DNA from: Promethearchaeota archaeon
Lineage (GTDB): Archaea; Asgardarchaeota; Lokiarchaeia; Sigyniarchaeales; Sigyniarchaeaceae
NCBI GenBank assembly: GCA_041305945.1
Contig: JBGLND010000001.1
Span: forward strand, 3,216,218-3,280,217
DNA length: 64,000 nucleotides
Direction: 5' to 3'
Shown here: piece after piece, positions 1 through 9,330 of the stretch
Layout: each line of letters begins with the position of its first letter
Numbering within the stretch: position 1 is the stretch's first letter
Made by a program: the position numbers and the translations under genes
The notes under the pieces: generated by a model
What the model was told of the DNA's origin: nothing
Seen by the model: the letters and a program-made list of their open reading frames with translations, nothing else
Database searches by the model: none

Positions 1-694
1 CGTGCTGGATCGCAAATGGGTTTTCCATCCTTTCCTCCTATCGAGTTTGCGTAGGATTGCACTTCAACGAACGGCATCGGTTGTTTCCCGCCGCCCATGG
101 CTAGTTGCGCGGGGCCAATGGAATGGCCGTACATCAACGGGTCGAAGAGCGAGTACCACGAATCCACCCTGGGGACGTCCGGCCCGCCCTTGCCACCTTG
201 TCGCCAACGGTAGGTCACGTCGTGGAGATACTCGCACTCGCAATAGACCACGGGGCCAAGTTTCCCCTCGGATACCAGCCTTCCTGCATACAAGATTTCC
301 GAGATGAACGCGTAGTTCTCGCCAAATTGGTATTTTGCCCGCGGGTTTGCTTCCTCCGCGCGAATTATGCGTTCAACGTCTTCCTTGTTCAAGGCCATTG
401 GTACCTCGCTGAACACGTGCAACCCGGATTCCAATGCTGCTATTACTTGGTTCGCGTGGTGTTGTGGTGGGCTCGAAACCATGACCGCCTCCAACCCTGG
501 CGTGGACAGCAAGTCCTCAAGCGAATCTGCCACCTTGAGATTCTTGCCCTTTATCTTTTCAGCCCGGGACGGGTCGGGATCGTAGCCCGCGATCACCTTC
601 ATCCGGTGTTTCAAGCCGGGATGGGCACCGTTCTCGAGCACGTGAGCCCAGCCGTTCAAGCCATACCCGATCATTCCATATTGAACTTGTTTCA
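1..694 (-). CDS. Gfo/Idh/MocA family NAD(P)-dependent oxidoreductase, partial (C-terminus beyond the window start)
   Basis: Hand translation of the reverse strand gives MKQVQYGMIGYGLNGWAHVLENGAHPGLKHRMKVIAGYDPDP...LHVFSEVPMALNKEDVERII, with the ATG at 694. It has an N-terminal Rossmann GxGxxG and the EKP-type motif of this family. The frame stays open to position 1. The + ORF 105..764 is antisense and spurious. Confidence 0.75.
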
Positions 695-784
695 TCCGGT
701 CATCACCACCAAAGGATATTTTCATCTCAAAACTGGTTTAAATCACCTGGTTGCAAGGACTTAACTGATATGCGAAACATAAAC

Positions 785-2122
785 TCATCGATTGTTTCGT
801 GCACGACTTTTATCGGTACCACGATGGTTTCCATGATTTTTTTCATCCTCGGCAGTGCGCACCGGATCCTTCCAGTAGCCTCTCATCACTTGCGGGCCCT
901 TGATAATTATCTCGCCAGACTCCCCAACCGGCATGATTTTCGTGTCATCATCAATATCAACGATTTTTACATCCGTGTTGGGAATTGGAAAGCCGACTGA
1001 CCCTACCTTGCGTTTCTGGATGTTCACGGGATTGGAATGTGTTACCGGGGACGCTTCCGTTAGCCCGTAGCCTTCCAGGATGATGGCACCGGTGCGTTCC
1101 TCGAATTCCTTTAGCACCTCAGGAGGCATCGCGGCGGCGCCCGTGTTGCAGACCTTGATGGCACGGAGGTCCTTGGCATAATCCTCTATGTCATCACGTT
1201 CTAGCAAACGGATGTAGATGGTGGGTACCCCGGGGAACATGGCCGGCCTGATATCCCGTATCAACTCGAACAAGGACTTGTGGTCCCTAGGATCGGGGTT
1301 TAAACCGATAGTTGCTGCCATGTGGACGGGCACGTTCATGCACACGGTCTGGCCGTATATATGGAACAAGGGGAGATTGGTAAGTGCAGCATCTTTCCCG
1401 CGTTTGATTACCGGAGATATTAGTTTTCCAACGGCAATTGAGTTCGAAACGATGTTGTAATGCGAAAGCATTGCACCTTTGGGCAACCCCGTGGTTCCAC
1501 CCGTGTATTGGAGAACCGCGATATCTTCCTTTGGGTTCCACAAGACCTTGGGGGGTACTCCCTTGGTATTCTCGATGAGGTTGAGGAATTGGACGGTCCC
1601 GGCAATCTCTGGCGGGGACTTGTTGCCCATTTGCATGTAATCGAAAACGCTCGTGATGATCACGTGCCGCAATGCGGTCCGGTCCTTTATATTATTCACC
1701 TTCTCGAGCTGCTGGTCCCATGTAATGATGATTTCCGCACCGCTATCGTTCAACTGGAATTCCAGCTCGTGTTCCATCAGCAACACGCTGCATGCGGTCA
1801 CGATTCCCCCGGCCTGGAGGACACCGTAATAGCTGAAGAGGAACTGGGGAAAGCTGGGGATCAAGATGGCCACCACGTGGCCTTTTTTCAGCCCCATGTT
1901 GGCGAGGGCAACGGCAAGCCGGTCGGTGATCTTGGCGAATTCACCGTATGATATCTTGTTCTTTTGAAAATAAATCGCCGTCCGTCCCTTGAAATCCCGA
2001 GCGGCTTCATCCAAGAACGCGTGGATGGGCACCTCGGGAAAATCGAGATTTGCGGGGATGTTCGCATCGTAATTTTTTGTCCATGGACGGCTCTCGTAGG
2101 GGTTAATTGCGTTCATGTTCAA
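785..2122 (-). pseudogene. AMP-dependent acyl-CoA synthetase/ligase (FadD-like), C-terminally truncated
   Basis: It has the AMP-binding motif YTGGTTGLPKGAMLSH and the GYGLTE and GEIIIKGPQVMRGYW motifs. After WKDPVRTAE the sequence is low-complexity junk to the stop. The C-terminal ~100 aa of the family, including the TGD and catalytic-Lys region, is absent. Confidence 0.75.
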
Positions 2123-2134
2123 GTCACTTCTCCT

Positions 2135-3475
2135 TCAACTTTCCAACTTGTCTAGTGATTCCAATGCAGCGCTCGCCACGAAATCCTCACGGTCATGTAT
2201 TAATTTTTTCAACTCGTCGACGGCACCAGCCATGCCCAGCTTCCCGAGTGCCTCCGCGGAGCGCCATCTTACTTCAGGGACCTTGTCCCCCAATCCAAGC
2301 ACGAGGATACCTTGAACGGCAGGGTCATTGGTCCCTAGTTTTCCCAGCGTGTTGGTTGCTTCTATGCGCAAGGCCTTTGGTTGTGAACCTTGAATGAGGT
2401 TGACGAGCGCGGGTATGGCAGCATCGATGTTGTGGGTGAGATTCCCGATCGACCTAGTAGCTTCAATCTTCGCCTTCACGTTTCCTGTTCGAAGTGATGC
2501 CACGAGGACCGGGATGGTCTCGGGATGATGATAATCCATCTTGCCAAGAGCCCAGATGCCCAGCACGTCACTAGGATTCTCTTTTACATGTTTCAATAAA
2601 ACAGGGATAGCGGGCTCTCCAATGGTGCGCAAGGCATCCGAAACCTTGCCTCGTAGCACTTGATTCTTGGACGATAGCAAATCGTCCAAAATGCGGAGCA
2701 CGTCTTCCGAGCTTGCATGCATCTCGCCCAAGGCTTCTATTGCACATTTCTTGGCCACGAATGACCCCCTCGCCACCATATTCAATAAAAGGGGAATGCT
2801 TTTTAATCCTATATGGATCAGGGTCTGCACGACCCTGGACCGCACTCTCCAGTCGTCGTCCTCAAGCGCAGCCACGAGCACGGGGATCGCATTCTCGGCA
2901 TCATCACCGATGCCTGCAAGGGCACGGGCCGCGGCTTGTCGCACGCCCCAGCTCGGGTCCTTTAACGAAACCATCAAGGCTTCTAGCGCGGGTATTGCGT
3001 CCTTTCCAATCTTACCGAGTGCGTGGATGGCATTTTCCCGCACGGATTCATTTTCATCCTTGGAACTACCAACAAGACCATTAATTATCCCCGGATTACC
3101 ATTCTGGAGATTCCCGAGGGAAACGGTTGTTGCTTCACGAATTGAAACCTCCGCATCATTCAAGAATGGGAGCAAGGAGTCCGCATGGTGTCCCGCTGCG
3201 CCGCCAAACTTTCCCAAGGCACGAATGGTTTCACGCCGGATGCTCCAATCGGGATCGCCGAGGTTGTTAACTAATTTTGGTAAGCCGTCCTTTGCAAGGC
3301 TTGAAACTTCCCCTAGCACGAAAATAGCGTTGAATCTTACCGTGCGGACGGGATCGTTGAGGAGAGCGATCACTTCACCGAGCACCGACATCTCGGTTTC
3401 AATCCGCTTGATGACGATCTGTGCTTTTGCATCTTGGAGCAATTTTTTCACGGTTGCCTTCTCTCGCTGGCTCAT
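2135..3475 (-). CDS. HEAT-repeat (PBS-lyase type) protein
   Basis: It has repeated ~31-aa units with DxxxxVRxxAxxALGxIG signatures, for example DPDWSIRRETIRALGKFG, SWGVRQAAARALAGIG and DDDWRVRSRVVQTLIHIG. Confidence 0.7.
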   Translation of the reverse strand: MSQREKATVKKLLQDAKAQIVIKRIETEMSVLGEVIALLNDPVRTVRFNAIFVLGEVSSLAKDGLPKLVNNLGDPDWSIRRETIRALGKFGGAAGHHADSLLPFLNDAEVSIREATTVSLGNLQNGNPGIINGLVGSSKDENESVRENAIHALGKIGKDAIPALEALMVSLKDPSWGVRQAAARALAGIGDDAENAIPVLVAALEDDDWRVRSRVVQTLIHIGLKSIPLLLNMVARGSFVAKKCAIEALGEMHASSEDVLRILDDLLSSKNQVLRGKVSDALRTIGEPAIPVLLKHVKENPSDVLGIWALGKMDYHHPETIPVLVASLRTGNVKAKIEATRSIGNLTHNIDAAIPALVNLIQGSQPKALRIEATNTLGKLGTNDPAVQGILVLGLGDKVPEVRWRSAEALGKLGMAGAVDELKKLIHDREDFVASAALESLDKLES

Positions 3476-3490
3476 AGCATGGTCACCCGT

Positions 3491-3955
3491 TCATTTTATA
3501 CCGAGATACACTTCCTTTATGCGTGGTTCCCGCACGAGCTCGGCTCGCGTCCCTCGCATCTCTATCTTTCCTTCTTCAAGCACGTGAATGTAATCTGCAA
3601 CATCCATTGCAATGGTCGCGTCTTGTTCCACCAGGAGTATGGTCTTTCCTTCCTTCTTGATCTGGATGATCGCGTTGAATATTTCCTTTTTTATCCTCGG
3701 TGCCAAGCCCATGGAAGGCTCATCGAGCAATAACAAGTCAGGATCAGCAACCAACGCGCGTGCAATGGCAAGCATTTGTTGTTCGCCACCACTTAGGGTT
3801 CCAGACCGCTGCTTCACCCGTTCCTTGAGCCGGGGGAAGAGCTGGAACGTCATATCGCGCAATTCAACGTACCTTTCACGTTTTTCCACGCGATAACCAC
3901 CAAGATCGAGATTTTCCATCACGGTCATATCTGCAAACGGTCGTGTTTGTGCCAC
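3491..3955 (-). pseudogene. LivF-type branched-chain amino acid ABC transporter ATPase, C-terminal fragment (Walker A region missing)
   Basis: It has the ABC signature LSGGEQQMLAIARAL, the Walker B LLLLDEPSMGLAP and the H-loop region ILLVEQ. Its first residues (RPFADMTVMENL) align to about residue 80 of LivF. An in-frame TGA lies 4 codons upstream of the first possible start, so no N-terminal Walker A can be encoded here. Confidence 0.7.
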
Positions 3956-6900
3956 TCGCCGGGTTCACGGCACCCGCATCGAACAGCAACGGGCAATGAT
4001 TCACCGATGGTCCCGTGTACGCACCCGAAGAAGGCGTCCTGTTCATGTTAATGCCGTCAGATGCTTGGAAATAATGCTCGTGATCACCCTCGTCCAGCCA
4101 CGTTGTGTAAATATACAAGCAACCGTCCGTGTAAACATTGTCGCCATCGTCTTGCTTTGTCATGTTAAAGGGGGTACCATCAATCACCACTTGAACTGGA
4201 TTCGGGCTCGGTGCTTCGTTATCGGCATCGAAGTACCGAACGGAATACGTGAAATGGTTTGAATTCACTTGCGTGTATCCATCACCAGTAACATCGAAGT
4301 AGGGAACCCGGTTATGCCTGTACACGGCGATTGAAAAGCTAGCTGCACCGCTACTTGCTGATGCCTTATATACCACGATCACGTACGTGGCCCCCGAAAC
4401 TTCGGGACTGAAATCAATGATATGTTCATCACTCGAACCGCCCGAGATGCTTTGCCTGAATTCCAGCTGGGAACCACCAGCATCAATGCCCGATAAACGG
4501 CACGACCCACCTGCGAGCCGGAAAATCTCCACGTTGAGGTCATCGGCCGACGAGATATCAAGAATAATGTTATATAATTTGCCTTCCTCCATCGTCGAAA
4601 TCTCGTACACGGCAGCAAACTTGTTTGAAGAAAGCGATGAAGAGACTGGAATGTTCAATGCGAGTGTCGTGGCGCTTTGCGATTCCACGTATACTGTCCC
4701 GGTACTCCCTATCGTGTTCACCCGTGGATAGATCGGGGATGATCCCGAAGAAGGCTTGTATACCAACCATTCCACGTTCGACCCGGTATCGAGGGGATCA
4801 CCCAGGAGGACCGAATACTGGTTGGACGAGAACACCTTCATGTCAAAGGTCACGGTTGGTGACCACGCCGAAACGAGATGATACTGGCTCGATGACATGC
4901 CGTGCGTCTCGTAATAATATGGCATGTCCGGGTTTGACATGAGGGCTGCGAGGGGGATACCGTCGGTAAGCGTCTCGGGGATTTCCTCGATCTCCAAAGC
5001 AGCATTATTTCCGGGTTCCAGCAGGCAATCAACGAGGACCACGGCATACGTGTTGGAGAATAGAGGTTTGAATTGTAGCGTTAGATCCGATCCGATGCTT
5101 GAACCATTAACGTGATAGTCTTGCCAGCTCGATGTGGATGCACCGGGAGCCAAGTAGAAGACGTGCATGTGAAACTTCCCGTTCCATGGTACATCGAGGT
5201 GGAACCGGTAATTTTTCGATGATGATAACGATACCGTGTAAATCGCGTGCTTGTTCGTGTAGGCTGGGGCCAGGCTTCCCCCGAAAGGCAAACTACTTCC
5301 TTGAAAAAGACCGAAATAAGCCATCGAGCTATCAGACAAGGAATGAATGAATGGGTACCTGATCTGGGCGGTGCTTTCCCTGAAAACATTCCACCTCGTC
5401 AAATTCGAGATTTGGGTTGTATCGAGAATGGTTTTATCCGTGCTTGATTGTACCCCCATTTCAAGATTCGCAATTTGGGGAGTCGAAGTGGACCATTCGC
5501 CGAAGGTAAAATAATAGTTGCTTTCTACCGTGGGAACGGACATCTTCCGGTACCAAAAATACGGGGAACTGATGCCAGAATTTGTTACCGTGTCGAACGG
5601 TAGCCCGCTTGATAGCACGCGTGCTACCCGGAGAGTGGCAGTGGCTGTTCCCGAAACGCTGCGAACGAGGATACCATACAGCGTACTCGCAGCAGGTGTG
5701 AAATCGACGCATTCATTCACCGAGGTGCCCGAATGACTGGAGTGTGGATCGGTCCACGTGCACGTGTTTGGAGTCACCCTGAATACATCCAGCTCGTAAT
5801 TGCACCCGGTAGGGACGCCCAGCCATACCTTGATGTCATATCCCGATGCGGGTGACGTGAATTGATATAATTCCATCGCGTCGGTGCTCGAAAACGAGAG
5901 AGAAATTTCAGTATCCAAGGTGATGGGCGTTGCTTGCTCCCATTCGATGCCGAAAATGCCGGAACCAGACGGAGCGCTCACGACCGGGTTAAGCGTGCCG
6001 GTTGATGTTCCGGATGGATTGTACACGAGGAACTCGAACGAACTCGATGGTTGGGCCGACACTCCAACTTGAACTCCCTTCCGGTACAAGGCAAGATTGA
6101 AATCTTGGCTTGGTGGATTCGATTCACCAATGTACACGAGTTGGAGGCGATCGACATTGATATTTTCGTCAGAGCTATAATTCATTATTTTCCCGGTGGA
6201 GATACTGTCCGTAACACCAACATCATCGCTAAGAAACCTGTGAGGAACAAATCGCATTGTCGTGCTTGTTCTCGTGGTGCCGTATCTCGCGATGACGATG
6301 ACGTATTCCGCCCCGGGGTCATCGATGCAAAGTACCTCGTTCACGCCTGTTGATCCTGATGCACTCGAGTAATCCGGGGCATCCCCGCGCACGCATGCAG
6401 ATGATGCAACCTTGTAGGCGTGGAGATCGTACTGGCAGCCCACCGGAACGTCCAAGTAGATGTATCCCGGCACCGATGAAGGCATCGTGCAATGGACCAG
6501 CTCGATGAAATCATCTTGGTTGTAAAACGAAATGGTCGTTGAACCACTCAGGCTAAGCGAGGTCGATTGCTCCCATTCCACCCAGCCAGTCCCTGTCGCA
6601 CCCGTGGTATTCACGCGCGGACGTAGACTGTAACCAATAGGAATCATGCTTGGATGGTGAAAGACCATCCACTTGAGATTTGCCGTGCTTCCGATGAATG
6701 TCCCTCGCAATGTAGATGTGTGAGGCAACACATGCGTGTAAAACGCCATGTCGACGTCGATTTGACTGCTGTACACGGTGAACGCACTGTAGGCAGAGGC
6801 AACGATCGAACTGTTGCTGCGATAATAAAACTCGTCGACCGCGGGCGTGAAAGATTCGCCGTCATTTATTCCGTCGTTCAGAAGTTGTGGATTCGCGATA

Positions 6901-7064
6901 TCATTTGATAGGGACCCGACAGGAATTCCCAAATTCGCAATACTCGTGCCAGAACTCGTCCCTTGAGATGCCAAGAAATAACAAGCATAAAAGCAGCAAG
7001 ATACCGTGATGGCTAACGCCAATCCGATCCGTATCTTGTCTTGATGCCAGAAACGATGTTGCAC
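3876..7064 (-). CDS. Large secreted/surface protein with N-terminal signal/anchor and repeated PPC-like (pre-peptidase C-terminal-like) beta-sandwich modules
   Basis: The 1062-aa ORF has a hydrophobic N-terminus (LALAITVSCCFYACYFLA). It contains at least 3 internal ~100-aa repeats with G(Y)DIKVWLGVPTGCNYELDVF, YIYLDVPVGCQYDLHAY and LYNIILDISSADDLNVEIFRL motifs, and it is Ser/Thr/Gly-rich. Its 3-prime end overlaps the truncated LivF fragment by ~80 nt. Confidence 0.65.
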   Translation of the reverse strand: MQHRFWHQDKIRIGLALAITVSCCFYACYFLASQGTSSGTSIANLGIPVGSLSNDIANPQLLNDGINDGESFTPAVDEFYYRSNSSIVASAYSAFTVYSSQIDVDMAFYTHVLPHTSTLRGTFIGSTANLKWMVFHHPSMIPIGYSLRPRVNTTGATGTGWVEWEQSTSLSLSGSTTISFYNQDDFIELVHCTMPSSVPGYIYLDVPVGCQYDLHAYKVASSACVRGDAPDYSSASGSTGVNEVLCIDDPGAEYVIVIARYGTTRTSTTMRFVPHRFLSDDVGVTDSISTGKIMNYSSDENINVDRLQLVYIGESNPPSQDFNLALYRKGVQVGVSAQPSSSFEFLVYNPSGTSTGTLNPVVSAPSGSGIFGIEWEQATPITLDTEISLSFSSTDAMELYQFTSPASGYDIKVWLGVPTGCNYELDVFRVTPNTCTWTDPHSSHSGTSVNECVDFTPAASTLYGILVRSVSGTATATLRVARVLSSGLPFDTVTNSGISSPYFWYRKMSVPTVESNYYFTFGEWSTSTPQIANLEMGVQSSTDKTILDTTQISNLTRWNVFRESTAQIRYPFIHSLSDSSMAYFGLFQGSSLPFGGSLAPAYTNKHAIYTVSLSSSKNYRFHLDVPWNGKFHMHVFYLAPGASTSSWQDYHVNGSSIGSDLTLQFKPLFSNTYAVVLVDCLLEPGNNAALEIEEIPETLTDGIPLAALMSNPDMPYYYETHGMSSSQYHLVSAWSPTVTFDMKVFSSNQYSVLLGDPLDTGSNVEWLVYKPSSGSSPIYPRVNTIGSTGTVYVESQSATTLALNIPVSSSLSSNKFAAVYEISTMEEGKLYNIILDISSADDLNVEIFRLAGGSCRLSGIDAGGSQLEFRQSISGGSSDEHIIDFSPEVSGATYVIVVYKASASSGAASFSIAVYRHNRVPYFDVTGDGYTQVNSNHFTYSVRYFDADNEAPSPNPVQVVIDGTPFNMTKQDDGDNVYTDGCLYIYTTWLDEGDHEHYFQASDGINMNRTPSSGAYTGPSVNHCPLLFDAGAVNPASGTNTTVCRYDRDGKSRSWWLSRGKT

Positions 7065-7705
7065 AGCTTGTCGATATCATACCCGGGTTTCGTGATCAAG
7101 TGACCCCCGCCGAGATTTATCCATTTTAGCCCGTGCAGTAACGACCCGAATTTCGCCTCGACAGCGGCGAACACACGTTCCAGCGCGTCCGCGCCTTGCT
7201 CGCACAAGCAATGGAAGTGGATTCCTTCTATCCCGCCCGGGATGCCGTGTAGCTCGCTGGCAACGATGCCGAGGCGTGAACCGGGGTTACAAGGGTCGTA
7301 AAGCGGGGTTTTGACCTCCGAGTACTCGGGGTTCACGCGCAAGCCGCAGCTCACCGGTTTCCGGGCTGACCGGACTGCATCCTTGCTTCGTTCCCACTGG
7401 GCCACCGAGTTGAACACGACATGGTCCGCGACCTTCAGGATCGCATCCAAGTCCCTGCCGGGGTACGCGGGGGCGTAGACGTGCACCTCCTTCCCAAATT
7501 TTTCCTTTCCCAGCCGCGCTTCGTGCAATCCAGACGCGCACACGCCATTAAGATATTGTCGCATGAGCGGGAAGGTGGCATGCATGGCAAATGCTTTCAG
7601 CGCGAGCAATATCTTCACGCCCGTGCGGTCATGAATCGACTTGAGGCAAGCCAAATTTTTCTCCAGCAACCGCTCGTCCACCACGTAAGATGGGGAATGC
7701 ATCAT
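7013..7705 (-). CDS. nspC: Carboxynorspermidine/carboxyspermidine decarboxylase (NspC/CANSDC-like, PLP fold type III)
   Basis: YVVDERLLEKNLACLKSIHDRTGVKILLALKAF and a C-terminal CEQGADALE region match CANSDC. The ORF can extend to 7822, but the likely start is MMHSPSYVVDE at 7705. The gene is paired with the adjacent saccharopine-DH family gene. Confidence 0.65.
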   Translation of the reverse strand: MMHSPSYVVDERLLEKNLACLKSIHDRTGVKILLALKAFAMHATFPLMRQYLNGVCASGLHEARLGKEKFGKEVHVYAPAYPGRDLDAILKVADHVVFNSVAQWERSKDAVRSARKPVSCGLRVNPEYSEVKTPLYDPCNPGSRLGIVASELHGIPGGIEGIHFHCLCEQGADALERVFAAVEAKFGSLLHGLKWINLGGGHLITKPGYDIDKLCNIVSGIKTRYGSDWR

Positions 7706-7707
7706 CG

Positions 7708-9006
7708 CTAGGAGATTCTTGTCGATTCCACCAGGTGCCATGGCAAGCCACTCTTCCCCATCGATTCGAGGAACGGTTCCGGGTCCAGCTGCTCGACGTT
7801 GAATACGCCCTTGCCTTTCCACTTGCCGTCAAGCACGAGCCCCGCGCCGCAAGCCGCGGGGACCCCGGCAGTATACGCCACAGCGTTTTCCCCGACTTCC
7901 TTGAAGGCAAGCTCGTGATCGCAAGTGTTATAGATGAACATCGTTTTTTCCTTTCCATCCTTTAAGCCCGTTAGCAAGCACCCGATGACCGTTTTCCCTT
8001 GATAGTTATCGGCCAGCGAGTGCGGGTCGGGGAGCAAGGCCTTGAGGAATTGCAACGGAACCACCGGTTGGCCGTTGTACACGACGGGATCGATGCGGGT
8101 CATCCCGACGTTCTCGAGCACCCGCAAGTGCGTTAGATAGGCCTCGGAGAAGGTCATCCAGAACCGGCACCGTCGCACCCCGTCGAAGTGCTTCGCGATG
8201 GATTCCAGCTCCTCGTGATAGAGCAAGTACACCTCTTTTGGACCTACAACCGGAAAATCAAAGGTCATGTGCACGCTGCCTGGCGAGATGATGGGTGGGG
8301 TCTCGACCCACCGGCCGCCATCGAAATGCCGCACGACCTGGGTGACCTCGCGGATGTTGATCTCCGGGTTGAAGTTCGTGGCGAATGCTTGGTGGTGGTT
8401 ACCAGCATTGCAATCTAGAATGTCGATCGTCTCGACTTGGTCGAGGAAGTGCTTCGAAACGTGCCGACAATATGCATTGGTTGCGCCAGGGTCGAACCCG
8501 CAGCCAAGGACTCCCATGATGCCCTGCGCCTAGTATCGGTCGTTGAAATCCCACTGCGGCTTGTATTCGAAGTGGGCAACTCCCGGCGACTCGAAATTGG
8601 CCGTGTCGAGGTAATGCGCGCCCGTGGAGACGCATGCCTCCATGATGGCCAAGTCGTGGTACGGCAGGGCGACGTTGATGACGATGTCTGGCTCGAACCG
8701 TTTCATCAATGCTTGGAGTTCCCGCGGCTCGTTTGCATCGACCTTGGCAACTTCAACGTTCCGGTCAATACGTGCCCGTATCCGTTCACATTTAGAAAGT
8801 GTACGGCTCGCCACGCAGATTTCCCCGAACGTGTTAGCGTCTTTCGCGCATTTTTGCGATACGACAGACCCCACGCTCCCCGCCCCGATGATGAGGACGC
8901 GCCCGAGCCGAGTTTTTCCCATTCCGTGGTTTCCTCGCGATGGCCTTGATCGTGGTTTTCCGAGATCCGGCAATGCATAATGGTTGAAAAAAAAAATCAT
9001 GGCCAT
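7708..9006 (-). pseudogene. Carboxynorspermidine dehydrogenase (saccharopine dehydrogenase family) interrupted by an in-frame TAG
   Basis: The N-terminal 158 aa (GRVLIIGAGSVGSVV Rossmann) and the C-terminal 269 aa (GVLGCGFDPGATNAY...) are in the same frame. A single TAG at 8530-8532 separates them: ...FNDRY*AQGIMGVLGCGFDPG, checked base by base. Confidence 0.7.
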
Positions 9007-9292
9007 CCCGCTGGCGTGTGTGGCTTTGTTTGTCCCTTCCCGACCCGGCAGAGCAGTGTCGCGGTGCTCGGCCGTGTTGGTTCGTGCCCCGGCATGGTTA
9101 AGACCGGCGTGGTGGGTCTAAATCCAAGGAAGATACATTTCATTCAACATCAAGGTAACATCAACCCCTCCTGCTTCCCGCGCGTTCCGGGCACTTGCGA
9201 TTTGCTCGTGCCCATCTCGTCACGTGATTATTCATTCCCGGACCCGCGGGACGGCAGCTAATTCTCCCGTTGCGCGCTCCGGGCACCTTGCT

Positions 9293-9308
9293 GAAAAATA
9301 TAATATGT
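9293..9308 (+). promoter_or_regulatory. Putative archaeal TATA box (AAAAATATAATA) ~25-35 nt upstream of the ATG at 9331
   Basis: This is an AT-rich box in an otherwise GC-rich intergenic spacer. Its spacing is consistent with a leaderless or short-leader archaeal transcript. Confidence 0.35.
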
Positions 9309-9330
9309 CCCACTGGAACTTCCTCTCGCG

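Noticed and set aside
8530-8532. In-frame TAG as evidence for amber reassignment or pyrrolysine.
   Set aside because: TAG is used as an ordinary stop for at least two well-formed genes in this window (46069, 52815). No pyl genes are seen, and this is a single occurrence. A nonsense mutation or a base-call error is more parsimonious.
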